Under the pieces are notes generated by a model. It was given only the letters and a program-made list of their open reading frames with translations. It was not told where the DNA came from and did not search any database. The translations under genes were made by a program, and so were the position numbers. A stretch of DNA of 60,270 nucleotides, counting the filler. It is 3 parts of 3 records of this genome, joined end to end, with 100 filler letters (N's around TTAATTAATTAA, not from the genome) between each part and the next. Parts side by side here need not be neighbours in the genome. Positions count along the whole stretch, not along the records: positions 1 to 18,351 come from SRR20825019_495; 2 more parts are not named here. One strand, written 5' to 3'. Position 1 is the stretch's first letter. Each line of letters begins with the position of its first letter. Shown here one piece after another: positions 8,182 to 17,014 of the stretch.

Positions 8182-10721
8182 TGGCGACCCTGACAATTGA
8201 AGGCAAAAAGGTAACGGTAGACGACAGCTTTCTAAGCCTGTCACCGGAACAACAGGAGGCAACGGTCGAGGAAATCGCGGGATCAATGGGCCTCGCCGAT
8301 CAGTCCGGTTTCATGGGCCATCTGAATCAAGGCATTGCAAATGCAGCAGGCGGTATCGTTGATCTGATAAACCCCTTTGATCAACCGCACGCCCTGAACC
8401 CGTTTAGCCAGGGAACAGGGTCCGCAGTCACCGGCTTGGAGAGAGGCATGGATGCTATCGGTGTGAACCGCGCCACATCCGAACCGGATACCTTCGCGGA
8501 AAATCTGGCAAGGGGTGCGGGCGAAGCGGCTGGCGCAGCACCATTCGGGGGAGTGGCAGCGAAAGCGCTGTCCGGTGCGGGTGGCATCATCGGCGGGATT
8601 GCAGACGACGCATCAACAGCCATGAACAGCGCGCGCGGCTTTGTGTCGGAAATGTTCGCAGGCGCAGGCGCGCAGGGTGGTCAGTCCCTTGCCGAAGATG
8701 CTGGCGCACCGGAATGGATGCAGACGACCGCAGGCATTCTAGGCGGCGCGGGCGTCGGGGCAATTCCCGGCGCAGTACGTAAAACTCCCAGCGCAATCGG
8801 AGCGCGCAAACTGACTGGCGCTGTGAAAACAGCCATGCTGCCCTACACCAAAGCAGGCGGCAAAGAAGTTGCCCGCCAACGTGTGCAGGAGCTGGCAGGT
8901 GGCGCGGATCGGGCCGAACAATTGGCCCGAGAAATCGGCCCTTCCGAAATCGGTCTTAGCCCAGCCCAGCAAACAGGCGATCCAAACCTTTTGGGACTTG
9001 AACAAGAAGCCATGCGACGGAACCCGAAGCTGCGGGCCGCAATGGATGCACGCGCAGAAGCTGGCCAGCAGACTGCTGCCGACCGCCTGCGCGGTATGGG
9101 CGGTGATCCAGCTGAAGCGCAGTCATTCTTTGAACAACGCCGCGCTGACTTCCGTGTCGCAATCAATGGCCTTGTGGATCGCGCTACGGCTGGAGCTTTG
9201 CGCCCGACCGCCAAAAACAGCGAGATGATCAACAGCCAAGAGGTTGCCGACAAGATCAGGGCCGCACAGAGCGCCGCAAAGGCGCAAGAGGGGGCTTTGT
9301 GGGCACGTGTGCCCAAAGGAACGCAGGTAGGCACTACACGGGCGCGACAGGCGGCGCAGGAACTGATTGCAGACACGCCCCGCGCACAGCGCGAAGATAT
9401 CCCCCGCGTCGTGCAAGAACTCCTTGGCCCGGACAGCAACAGCGCCTTCGGTGAATTTGAGACTGTTTCGGAAATGCACGGCCTTTACAGCAAACTGCGC
9501 GAGACCGCCCGCGCCGCCCGCAGCGGCACCAATCAGCAGCGCAACTTAGCCCGCATTTCTGACAACGTCGCAGATGCGATCCTTGAAGACTTGGGCGCAG
9601 GTGCAGGGCAATCGAATGTCGGCCGCACGATTGACGAAGCCCGCGCGTTTTCTGCGGAAATGCACCAAACGTTCGACCAGGGCGTTATTGGCAAGCTGCT
9701 GCGGCAAAGCACCGATGGGGACAGGGCCATTGATCCGGCGCTAACGTTGGACCGCACCGTGGGGCGAGGTGGGTCGCAAGGCGCAGTGGGCGCTGACAGC
9801 ATCCGTGCGGCCACAGGATCGAGCGCAGACCTGCAGATGGAAGACTTTTTGCAGGGGCGTTTCAATCGCGCCGCCTTTGGTCCTGATGGGCAGTTCAATG
9901 TCCGTGGCGGCCTTACCTTCATGCGCGATAACGCAGACATGATCGGTCGCTTCCCTTACCTGCAGGAGACCTTTAACGAAGCGCTGCGCACCCAGACGCG
10001 TGCATTCAACACCACGGCCCGGGCTGAAAGAGCCTTGACCAACATGGACAGCCCGTCAAAATCACCTACGGCGGCATTTACACAAGCCCCTGCGGAGACG
10101 GCAATTGATGCGGTATTCAAGGCGAAAAGGCCCTCGGTCGAGGCGCGTCAACTTGCGGCCACTGCCCGCAAAGACACGTCTGGGAAGGCTATGGACGGCC
10201 TTAAAGGTTCTTTTTCTGATTACGTGATCCGCAGCAGCACCGACGCCAGCGGATTGAGCGGGGATGCTATGCTCCGATTTTTGGCCAAGCCCGAGAACGC
10301 CGCAACCCTGCGCACCGTGTTATCTGATGGTGATATCGGCAGAATGCGGATGATCGGCGCGGAATTGAAAAAGCTTCGGACTGGGCGCAAGGCAGCGCCG
10401 GACATTGGCGGGTTGTCACCACGATCCCCAAATCGCGTGATCGAATACGCTGCACGCATTATCGCGGCAAATCAAGGGGCCAAGGCCGGAAGCGGCGGGG
10501 CATCCCTTCAAACCGCTCAAATGGCGTCGGGCCGCATGAAAGCGCTTCTGGGCAACCTGCAGAATGACAAAGCCGAGCAGATGCTGATTGATGCGGTATC
10601 AGATCCCGAACTATTCCGGTTGCTCTTGATCGACCCCGGCAAGGTCACTTTGAAACCCCAGCAGATCAACCGACTTGCACCATATTTTGCAGGCGCGGGT
10701 GCGGCAATGGGAGCCGAATAA
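8181..10721 (+). CDS. Large Ala/Gly-rich protein resembling podovirus internal virion/DNA ejection proteins
   Basis: 846 aa with no Cys; N-terminal MATLTIEGKKVTVDDSFLSLSPEQQEATVEEI, Gly/Ala-rich amphipathic segments, LSPAQQTGDP motif; coupled to the upstream gene. Confidence 0.65.
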   Translation: MATLTIEGKKVTVDDSFLSLSPEQQEATVEEIAGSMGLADQSGFMGHLNQGIANAAGGIVDLINPFDQPHALNPFSQGTGSAVTGLERGMDAIGVNRATSEPDTFAENLARGAGEAAGAAPFGGVAAKALSGAGGIIGGIADDASTAMNSARGFVSEMFAGAGAQGGQSLAEDAGAPEWMQTTAGILGGAGVGAIPGAVRKTPSAIGARKLTGAVKTAMLPYTKAGGKEVARQRVQELAGGADRAEQLAREIGPSEIGLSPAQQTGDPNLLGLEQEAMRRNPKLRAAMDARAEAGQQTAADRLRGMGGDPAEAQSFFEQRRADFRVAINGLVDRATAGALRPTAKNSEMINSQEVADKIRAAQSAAKAQEGALWARVPKGTQVGTTRARQAAQELIADTPRAQREDIPRVVQELLGPDSNSAFGEFETVSEMHGLYSKLRETARAARSGTNQQRNLARISDNVADAILEDLGAGAGQSNVGRTIDEARAFSAEMHQTFDQGVIGKLLRQSTDGDRAIDPALTLDRTVGRGGSQGAVGADSIRAATGSSADLQMEDFLQGRFNRAAFGPDGQFNVRGGLTFMRDNADMIGRFPYLQETFNEALRTQTRAFNTTARAERALTNMDSPSKSPTAAFTQAPAETAIDAVFKAKRPSVEARQLAATARKDTSGKAMDGLKGSFSDYVIRSSTDASGLSGDAMLRFLAKPENAATLRTVLSDGDIGRMRMIGAELKKLRTGRKAAPDIGGLSPRSPNRVIEYAARIIAANQGAKAGSGGASLQTAQMASGRMKALLGNLQNDKAEQMLIDAVSDPELFRLLLIDPGKVTLKPQQINRLAPYFAGAGAAMGAE

Positions 10722-11062
10722 TGCAGTGGTCCTCTGACACATTCACGCTTGAGGATGCCCGTGGCGTGCTTGCCCTCTTTGCGCCTGACAAGGTGACAGA
10801 GGACCGATGCAAAAGGCTCTGTAATTACCTTGAGGAAATACCGCCGCCTCATACCGTCGATGCCTACGTGAACTATTTCGAGCAGATCACACCAGCGGCG
10901 ATACGTGCGCAGGAAACGGGCCACGTGGATGCGGAGCTTTGGCTCTATGCTCTATCGGTGCGCGCCTTGTCATACGAGGTCGAGCAGGAATTTCACGGGC
11001 CGATGAAGCAACTAATTTGCGGCGACCCGCCAGATCAGCGCCCTGCGCAATCCACAGCATAG
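10721..11062 (+). CDS. Hypothetical protein
   Basis: TAATG overlap with the upstream gene. Confidence 0.6.
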   Translation: MQWSSDTFTLEDARGVLALFAPDKVTEDRCKRLCNYLEEIPPPHTVDAYVNYFEQITPAAIRAQETGHVDAELWLYALSVRALSYEVEQEFHGPMKQLICGDPPDQRPAQSTA

Positions 11063-11119
11063 GACCGGGGGCCGATTTTGTGACACACGGCAGTGACAAA
11101 TAAAATAGGGGCCGACAAT

Positions 11120-11384
11120 CTCGCCAAGCGCAAAGAGGCGTATATCGTGCTGCACCCTGAAACGGCGAAGACCGGGCCGCGCCCTGATGGTTGTGGCCAA
11201 GTTGGCCATAATACATTCGCAGACGACCAAGCATCTAAAACAGGGCAGGGAAGGTAAGGGTTTAGGCGTTGCAAGAGACAACGCCCAAATTGCTACCGCT
11301 GCCGACATTGGCTTGCGCCGTGACGAGATACACGACGCCCGAAAGCTGCGCGATGCGGAGCGTGACATCCAAACGCAGCTTTGA
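11120..11384 (+). pseudogene. Fragments of phage-type genes
   Basis: LAKRKEAYIVLHPETAKTG and TAADIGLRRDEIHDARKLRDAER are short phage-protein-like motifs in different frames with no intact ORF. Confidence 0.4.
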
Positions 11385-11473
11385 AACAAGGGGAGGACAT
11401 TTATGCCTGCCGTTGGTGGGCCGGGGTGTGGGGCTTTCCGCACCTTCCAACGAGGGCAGCACAGTGACCAAAA

Positions 11474-11872
11474 ATGATCGATAACGGAGACACGCCACCA
11501 CGTCGCAAGCCCCAGATCATCGCAGCGCCCAAGCCTCGGCGGGTCTACTGGTGTGAGTTTCCACGGGATGCCTTGCTGCCTGAATTCTGGAAAACCCGCC
11601 CTGTGGTGATCCTATCGCCCCGCGCAAATCTTCACGGGGTGGTGACTGTTGTGCCTCTGTCGACCAAAGCCCAACCTGATAACAAGCTGGCCCATGCCTT
11701 CGCATCTGTGCTGCCTGATGGGGGTACATCGTGGGCAATTTGCAGCCATGTGACGACGCTGTCCGTTGCCCGCCTATCGCTTGTGAATGGAAAGGCGCCG
11801 ACCATTCCAGAGGATGATTTCACAGAAATTCTTAGGATTGTGCGTTCACAAATCCCGACGCCCCGCGCGTAG
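11474..11872 (+). CDS. PemK/MazF-family endoribonuclease toxin (no protein antitoxin adjacent)
   Basis: PKPRRVYWCEF...PEFWKTRPVVILS...VTVVPLST...SWAICSHVTTLSVARL. Confidence 0.88.
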   Translation: MIDNGDTPPRRKPQIIAAPKPRRVYWCEFPRDALLPEFWKTRPVVILSPRANLHGVVTVVPLSTKAQPDNKLAHAFASVLPDGGTSWAICSHVTTLSVARLSLVNGKAPTIPEDDFTEILRIVRSQIPTPRA

Positions 11873-11877
11873 AAATC

Positions 11878-11998
11878 TTGACTTTCGGGTCATGGGTGCC
11901 TACCTGTGACTGCATATGCGGCCCCTAACGGGTGTCCGTCGCCCCGCAAGGGGAGATAGCTGCAAGGGTGTCGGGAAACCGCGCCCTTGTTTCTTTTT
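11878..11998 (+). ncRNA. Candidate small structured RNA with its own promoter and terminator
   Basis: TTGACT-N17-TACCTG, hairpins CCC-TAAC-GGG and CCCC-GCAA-GGGG, then stem CAAGGGTG..GAAA..CGCCCTTG with a T-rich tail. Confidence 0.5.
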
Positions 11999-12074
11999 CA
12001 GGGCTATCTCAAAGCGATCAGCCACCATCCCTCATTCCCAGACAGACAACCGAAAAGATAAAGATCACCCATCT

Positions 12075-12145
12075 GGGGTTTCGAAAGGGGGCAGAGCGCC
12101 CCTTCGCCGGAGAGACATAACAGCCCGCCAGGGAGGTTATGGCTA
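12075..12145 (+). promoter_or_regulatory. Putative oriT for the MOB_V relaxase
   Basis: Inverted repeats AAGGGGGC..GCCCCTT (~12085-12104) and CATAAC..CCC-GCCA-GGG..GTTATG (12116-12141) just upstream of the relaxase. Confidence 0.5.
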
Positions 12146-12230
12146 GTAGGTTCCCGCATGCGCGATCCGATACGGCAGGCCAATCAGTTTTGGTAAACCG
12201 ATTTTCACAGTCTTCCCGTATCTTGTCTGC

Positions 12231-13400
12231 ATGGAAGAAAAGAGCTTCGCCATTTCAGTCAGGATCGAGCACCGTTCGATGGGCCGCGCACAGTCTGCGC
12301 GCTACCATGATCTGCGTCTTGGCCACATTCCGGGATATGTAGATCAGGAACGGATTGCCGAGAATTCCACAATCTTGGAACCGGCAATGCCCTCAGCACT
12401 GCGGCGGATCTGTCTGACCCATCGCGCCAATCGCCCAACACAGCGTGCCATGAAAAAGGATGCCGCTGTCGCAAGCTGCTTCATCATCACCTTCGGGAAG
12501 GCTGCGCAGCCAATCTTCGAAGCCCTGCCCAAAGCCCAGCAGGATGCCGCATATGAAGCTGTGGCCAAGGCCGTGGCATCCCTTCTGGGGTCTGAGGTGA
12601 CAGGCCTTGTCGCGCACAGAGATGAGACCGCGCCACATGCTCACGGGCAGATGCCTGCCGTTCGCCTGGATGGTCGCCCTCTGTCAAAGGTGTTGACGCC
12701 ACGCATGGCAAAGCAAGTGCAGGACGTTGCAGCCGAGGCCATCGCACAATTCGCGCCGCAGATTGTCCGGGGTAAGCCCAAGGCTCAGCGAATTGCAGAT
12801 GGTGAGCCACTCTCTAAAACTGTCCATCGCTCTGTGCGACAACTGCACAACGACCTACCCACCGAGATCAGCACAAAGGCGGCTGAAGTCGAAAAGCTGC
12901 AAGGCCGGATCGAGAAGATGCGCGCCAAGGAAAAGCTGACCGAGGCAAATGCGAGAACACTGGTCACCTATGAAAGGCGATTGGCTGAGAAAGCAGCTCA
13001 GTTGAGAGAAAAACAGCGGGCTTTTGCCGCAAGCACGCGCGCCATTCAAACCCAACAAAAAGCCCGTGAAAGCGCCATTGCTGAACGTGAAGCGGCGGTA
13101 GTCGTGCGAGAACAGGAAGTCACAGCTCAGGTCGAGGGCATCAAAGCTGCTGTGGAGGCCGTAAAAGCGGGGACGGTCACGCGGGGGGAAGATGGCAGAC
13201 CTGTGGTGACAGATGCCACACATGCTGCAGTCCTGCGGCCCGTGTGGCGGTCTCTTGGACCTCTCGTCATGACCCTTGCAGATATGCGTGCCGAATTGGC
13301 CACCAGCCTACAGCGCTTCCGTGACCTGTTCCGCCGCAACGAACTGCAGCCTGAAATCATTGAAGACGGCAGGGACCTGTTAGACGGGATGGATCCATAA
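12231..13400 (+). CDS. MOB_V (Mob_Pre) relaxase / plasmid recombination protein
   Basis: HDLR motif, VDQERIAENSTI, HRDETAPHAH (HxDExxPHxH), C-terminal coiled coil. Confidence 0.88.
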   Translation: MEEKSFAISVRIEHRSMGRAQSARYHDLRLGHIPGYVDQERIAENSTILEPAMPSALRRICLTHRANRPTQRAMKKDAAVASCFIITFGKAAQPIFEALPKAQQDAAYEAVAKAVASLLGSEVTGLVAHRDETAPHAHGQMPAVRLDGRPLSKVLTPRMAKQVQDVAAEAIAQFAPQIVRGKPKAQRIADGEPLSKTVHRSVRQLHNDLPTEISTKAAEVEKLQGRIEKMRAKEKLTEANARTLVTYERRLAEKAAQLREKQRAFAASTRAIQTQQKARESAIAEREAAVVVREQEVTAQVEGIKAAVEAVKAGTVTRGEDGRPVVTDATHAAVLRPVWRSLGPLVMTLADMRAELATSLQRFRDLFRRNELQPEIIEDGRDLLDGMDP

Positions 13401-13510
13401 CGCCCATCGTCGCTGAGAGTTTGTAAGGCTGTTCTGTGGGAACTGGATCGGATCAATTCGGCCAACACCATGAAATATGCCGGATGCTGGCCGAATGAAC
13501 GAAATGCAAG

Positions 13511-13837
13511 TTATTTGCATCTCCGTTTCAGTTGCGCAGTTTGCACAGCCTGAATCTTCCCTTTCGTGATGGCAATATCGGTTTCTTTGTCGTTGCCTGA
13601 CATGCTCGACAGGGGCAGACCCAGCAAAATGACACCAACTGCGTCACCCGACGCCGCACTCTTTTGAGCCGCTGTCAATGCTTCAAGATTTTGATCGAGC
13701 TGCAGCTTTGCTTCGGCAAGTTGGCCACAAGAAGATGACAGGTAAGGGTTCGGTCCAATATTGGCAGCTGGAATTTTGTCAGGTTCCTTTGCGCAGGCGG
13801 ACGCCAGCAAGATGCACGGAAGGATAAGGTATTTCAA
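13511..13837 (-). CDS. Small lipoprotein
   Basis: Lipobox LASAC; helical body with GDAVGVILLGLPLSS. Confidence 0.75.
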   Translation of the reverse strand: MKYLILPCILLASACAKEPDKIPAANIGPNPYLSSSCGQLAEAKLQLDQNLEALTAAQKSAASGDAVGVILLGLPLSSMSGNDKETDIAITKGKIQAVQTAQLKRRCK

Positions 13838-13968
13838 ATTAACGACTCCAGATTTGTATATTTGGAACCGTTAACGATTTTGGGTCAGAGTAAAACACGA
13901 AAGCGTGAACAAGGATGAACTTTTTCAACTCCAAGAGCACTGCTGCTCGGCGCTCTATCTATCGAAAC

Positions 13969-14199
13969 TTAGTCAAGAAAGTCTTCGACTGGGCTGTTCT
14001 CGAAGTCAGCCAACGCCGCCCCGAGTGCATCCCGATCAGTTGGAAACAGTTCGTCCCAGACAAAGCTAGTCGATTTCTCGTTGACCACTTCCAGCGTCCA
14101 AAGGGTGTCCTCCCCGCGATAAATCTGGATGTCGAAGCGATGTCCCTCCACCGCAACTGACTGGCTCAACGGGCTCTCGATTATCTTGATGTCAAACAT
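13969..14199 (-). CDS. Hypothetical protein (76 aa)
   Basis: MFDIKIIESPLSQ...IYRG...WTLEVV...TSFVWDELF.TDRDA; overlaps the XRE stop. Confidence 0.65.
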   Translation of the reverse strand: MFDIKIIESPLSQSVAVEGHRFDIQIYRGEDTLWTLEVVNEKSTSFVWDELFPTDRDALGAALADFENSPVEDFLD

Positions 14200-14467
14200 C
14201 GTCTGCCCTCTTCGGCCCCACATCTTCGACGGGCTCAGCGAAACGTATCCCTTCAGGCCCTCCATTTTTGGGAACAAATATAACTCCCCGACCTTCGAAA
14301 TACTGCCGTAGTTGAATTCTCGTTGATCGGCTCGGGCTTCCACCAGCCCTTTCAGCGGCGTTGATAGTGTTCCGATTTAGACCCGTTGCTTCTGACAATG
14401 CAGGGTTCGAAAGACCGAGGGCGGCTTTTGCGAGCCTGATCTGCAAGGGCGTGATGCTGTCGGACAT
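14192..14467 (-). CDS. XRE-family HTH transcriptional regulator
   Basis: ITPLQIRLAKAALGLS...L...TGLNRNTI...E...GVIF; RBS AGGAGA. Confidence 0.85.
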   Translation of the reverse strand: MSDSITPLQIRLAKAALGLSNPALSEATGLNRNTINAAERAGGSPSRSTRIQLRQYFEGRGVIFVPKNGGPEGIRFAEPVEDVGPKRADDV

Positions 14468-14494
14468 GAAATCTCCTGTAAAAATTATGCCAAT

Positions 14495-14550
14495 AGCCTA
14501 ATATTGGGTTGACAGCACTATGCTGACAGCCTAATTATGGGCTATAGAAT
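14495..14550. promoter_or_regulatory. Divergent promoter with two 16-bp quasi-palindromic operators
   Basis: AGCCTAATATTGGGTT (14495-14510) and AGCCTAATTATGGGCT (14528-14543) overlap TTGACA (14509) and TAGAAT (14545). Confidence 0.65.
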
Positions 14551-14575
14551 TCAGCAACACAAGGGAGTTTGAAGG

Positions 14576-15193
14576 ATGACAACCGCAGCCACATTCAACC
14601 GCACCGCCATTATGACCCACGCATGGGAAATCGTCCGCCGTGCCAATGTCGCACTCTACGGATTGCGCACGATCCTGCGCCGCGCCTTGCGGGCCGCTTG
14701 GAGTGAGGCCAAGCACAAGCTGGCAATCGGGCAAGTCGAACAGCAGGCGCAGGCCCACAGCCCCGAAGTTGCCCGCACACGTGAAGCCATTGCCGCGCTC
14801 GAAGGCAAGGACCGCTGGACGCAGGCCGACTATGCCCGCATCGGCGTTCTGCGCGCTGCACTTCGCGCCGCCGAAGACCACGAAGCAGCAGCGCCCGATT
14901 ATGCTGAAAAGCGCGGCCTGATCGCCGCAGCCGGTGGCCGCTTCTGCGCAGTCACCTTCACCAAGGCAGACGGTACCGAGCGCACCATGCAGGTGCAGCC
15001 AGCGACGTTGCAGCACCACCTCAAGGGGGACGACGCCACAGAGGCCGGAAAACGGGCCACACAGACGCGCAAAGCCCGCCACCCTCACCTGCTGCCCGTC
15101 TGGGACGCGAAGGCCCGAGCGCCCCGCTCCGTCAATCTGGCGACCATTTCACGGATCGCCGTTCATGGGGTTGTCCACGAATACCGTGCATGA
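14576..15193 (+). CDS. Phage protein with a C-terminal SH3/Sm-like (WYL_2/DUF2693-like) domain
   Basis: N-terminal AIMTHAWEI..ALRAAWSEAK; C-terminal FCAVTFTKADGTERTM...VWD....RSVNLATI. Confidence 0.65.
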   Translation: MTTAATFNRTAIMTHAWEIVRRANVALYGLRTILRRALRAAWSEAKHKLAIGQVEQQAQAHSPEVARTREAIAALEGKDRWTQADYARIGVLRAALRAAEDHEAAAPDYAEKRGLIAAAGGRFCAVTFTKADGTERTMQVQPATLQHHLKGDDATEAGKRATQTRKARHPHLLPVWDAKARAPRSVNLATISRIAVHGVVHEYRA

Positions 15194-15248
15194 ATTCTGA
15201 ATTTTGGCGGGGGCAGATCCCCGTCAGTCACAACCAATGGAGACCAAC

Positions 15249-15668
15249 ATGTTTGACCTTGCCCAAACCGAATTTCGCCTCAGCGATTTTGCCAAGACCG
15301 CTGGCGACGAAGCCCCGACTCCCATCGTTAGCAAAGACGGCGCGCCGAGCCGTGAAGTCATGGAGTATTGCGACAAGCACAATCTCACCCTCGATTGGGC
15401 GTTGCTGGGCGAAAGCCCGGTCCATCGTCGCCCCAAAGCTCCGAAAGTGGCTGACATCGAGATGGATGCTGTCTTTCTCCATGGCTTGCTGCAAGGCCTG
15501 GGTTTGCTGATTGATGAAATTGAGCGTGTTTCGTCCCCAGCATCGAACGCAACGACAGCCCTTGTTGAGGAAGTAATCAAAAAGAGCGCGCTCTTGAGCG
15601 AAGATTTGGGCCGACTGGCCGATGTCACGCCCGGCGCGCGCTCAGTGAGCTCGGAGGCAATCCAATGA
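15249..15668 (+). CDS. Hypothetical protein
   Basis: RBS GGAG; contains an LTLDWALLGE motif as at the end of repressor-like HTH domains. Confidence 0.65.
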   Translation: MFDLAQTEFRLSDFAKTAGDEAPTPIVSKDGAPSREVMEYCDKHNLTLDWALLGESPVHRRPKAPKVADIEMDAVFLHGLLQGLGLLIDEIERVSSPASNATTALVEEVIKKSALLSEDLGRLADVTPGARSVSSEAIQ

Positions 15669-16186
15669 CCATGACCCTCACTCAATCCATTTCCAGTGCA
15701 TACCACCTCGGCAGCGTGTTGCGTGTCTGCATTCGCTCTCTCGAAAGTGATACGGCAGTTCAGCCATGCGATGGAGAGGCAACCGCACACACCGTAAAGC
15801 TGGCGAACGATATGGTTAGTGACTTGATCATTGCTCTTGAACATTTTGAAGAAACGGCAAATCGCCGGATGCAAGGCAACAGCCACGCTGATGGCGCAGC
15901 CAAGCTGTTTGATCAGTGGCAGAACGCCCAAACCGGCCGTGATGCTGTTCTCAAAGCGCTGGGGCCAAAGCATTTGGACGATCCGGAACAGTTGGTGCCG
16001 ATTGACGAACTGATCGGACGTTTGGGCGAACAAATCGCATCCTCTACGCCACAAAGCGACGCAGACGCAGCCGCCATGCTGCAATGGTGTGTGGAGGACT
16101 GCGCGGGGGAGTGCTTCGACCCTGACTACCCGAAAGCACAACTGGCCGTGATTGCCTATCTGAGAAAGGAGGGAGCAGAGGCCTAA
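15665..16186 (+). CDS. Hypothetical protein
   Basis: ATGA overlap, RBS GGAGG. Confidence 0.7.
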   Translation: MTMTLTQSISSAYHLGSVLRVCIRSLESDTAVQPCDGEATAHTVKLANDMVSDLIIALEHFEETANRRMQGNSHADGAAKLFDQWQNAQTGRDAVLKALGPKHLDDPEQLVPIDELIGRLGEQIASSTPQSDADAAAMLQWCVEDCAGECFDPDYPKAQLAVIAYLRKEGAEA

Positions 16187-16198
16187 AGCCACCTCTCG

Positions 16199-16229
16199 AC
16201 GCCCGCACCCTATTTGATGGTGCGGGCGA
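16199..16229 (+). terminator. Hairpin, putative terminator
   Basis: CGCCCGCACC-loop-GGTGCGGGCG. Confidence 0.5.
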
Positions 16230-16253
16230 TTACCGAAACAGGATTATGAAACA

Positions 16254-16769
16254 ATGAATTGTTACACCCACAATAGGAATTGGTCCGACAGGTTCTTACC
16301 TGAAATCAAGCAATTGATCGGGGGCTATCTGTTGGAGACCGCCCCCGATCCTGCTGACCATTTCCAAGCCACGGACCTGATGATGCTGGACGCCCGCGAT
16401 ATGCGGGTTGCAGCACGTGTGCGGCGTCCTGGCTATGCGCAGCGGTATCCCCATCAGTTTACAATCCGTTCAGCGGTCTCATCAGGAGCGCAGACGGAGC
16501 TTTCCAAGATTGTTAACGGCAACGGCGACTGGATGTTCTACGGCCACTCAAATGCGGCACAGACAGGCTTGGAGGCGTGGTCACTGATCGACCTGCGGGC
16601 GTTCCGGGCAGGGCTGATCCGGCACCGCGCCAATACTCCCAGCATCGTCATGGGCGATCAACGGAACGCGGACGGCACGCGGTTCAAGTGGTTCGATATG
16701 AGGTCATTTCCTGCGGATCCGCCCTTGGTGGTGGCATGCTCAGAACAGGCTGGGACGAAAGTCACTTAA
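16254..16769 (+). CDS. Phage hypothetical protein, possible PD-(D/E)XK-like nuclease fold
   Basis: D...ATDL...RVAARVR...FTIRS...TELSKI...DWMFYG pattern. Confidence 0.55.
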   Translation: MNCYTHNRNWSDRFLPEIKQLIGGYLLETAPDPADHFQATDLMMLDARDMRVAARVRRPGYAQRYPHQFTIRSAVSSGAQTELSKIVNGNGDWMFYGHSNAAQTGLEAWSLIDLRAFRAGLIRHRANTPSIVMGDQRNADGTRFKWFDMRSFPADPPLVVACSEQAGTKVT

Positions 16770-16807
16770 CCAAGAAATGGGAAGGGGGCCAAAGCCCCCA
16801 AGCCACT

Positions 16808-16993
16808 TTAGTGCGCAGCCTCTGCGCTTCCGGGAAACCGCTTACCAGTCTTAATTTCGCTGATACGCCCCGGATTTACGTCAAACTCCGCCGCAATCCT
16901 GTTAAGATACTCGCCGCGCTTTATGCGCTTTTGAATTTCTACTGCGTCTTCAAACACCAGCTTTGTGCTGGGCTTTCTGTTGTCTAATGCCAT
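16808..16993 (-). CDS. Small HTH protein (61 aa)
   Basis: RBS GGAGG; KLVFEDAVEIQKR..GEYLNRIAAEFDVNPGRISEIKTGKRF. Confidence 0.7.
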   Translation of the reverse strand: MALDNRKPSTKLVFEDAVEIQKRIKRGEYLNRIAAEFDVNPGRISEIKTGKRFPGSAEAAH

Positions 16994-17014
16994 TCTATGG
17001 CCTCCAAAATAGGA

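Noticed and set aside
11076-11106. TTTTGTGACAC..GTGACAAATAAAA as a pac/cos or recombination site
   Set aside because: Imperfect short repeat with no second copy or other support.
15224-16192. 322-aa - strand ORF
   Set aside because: Shadow of two + strand genes that have RBSs and coupled starts.
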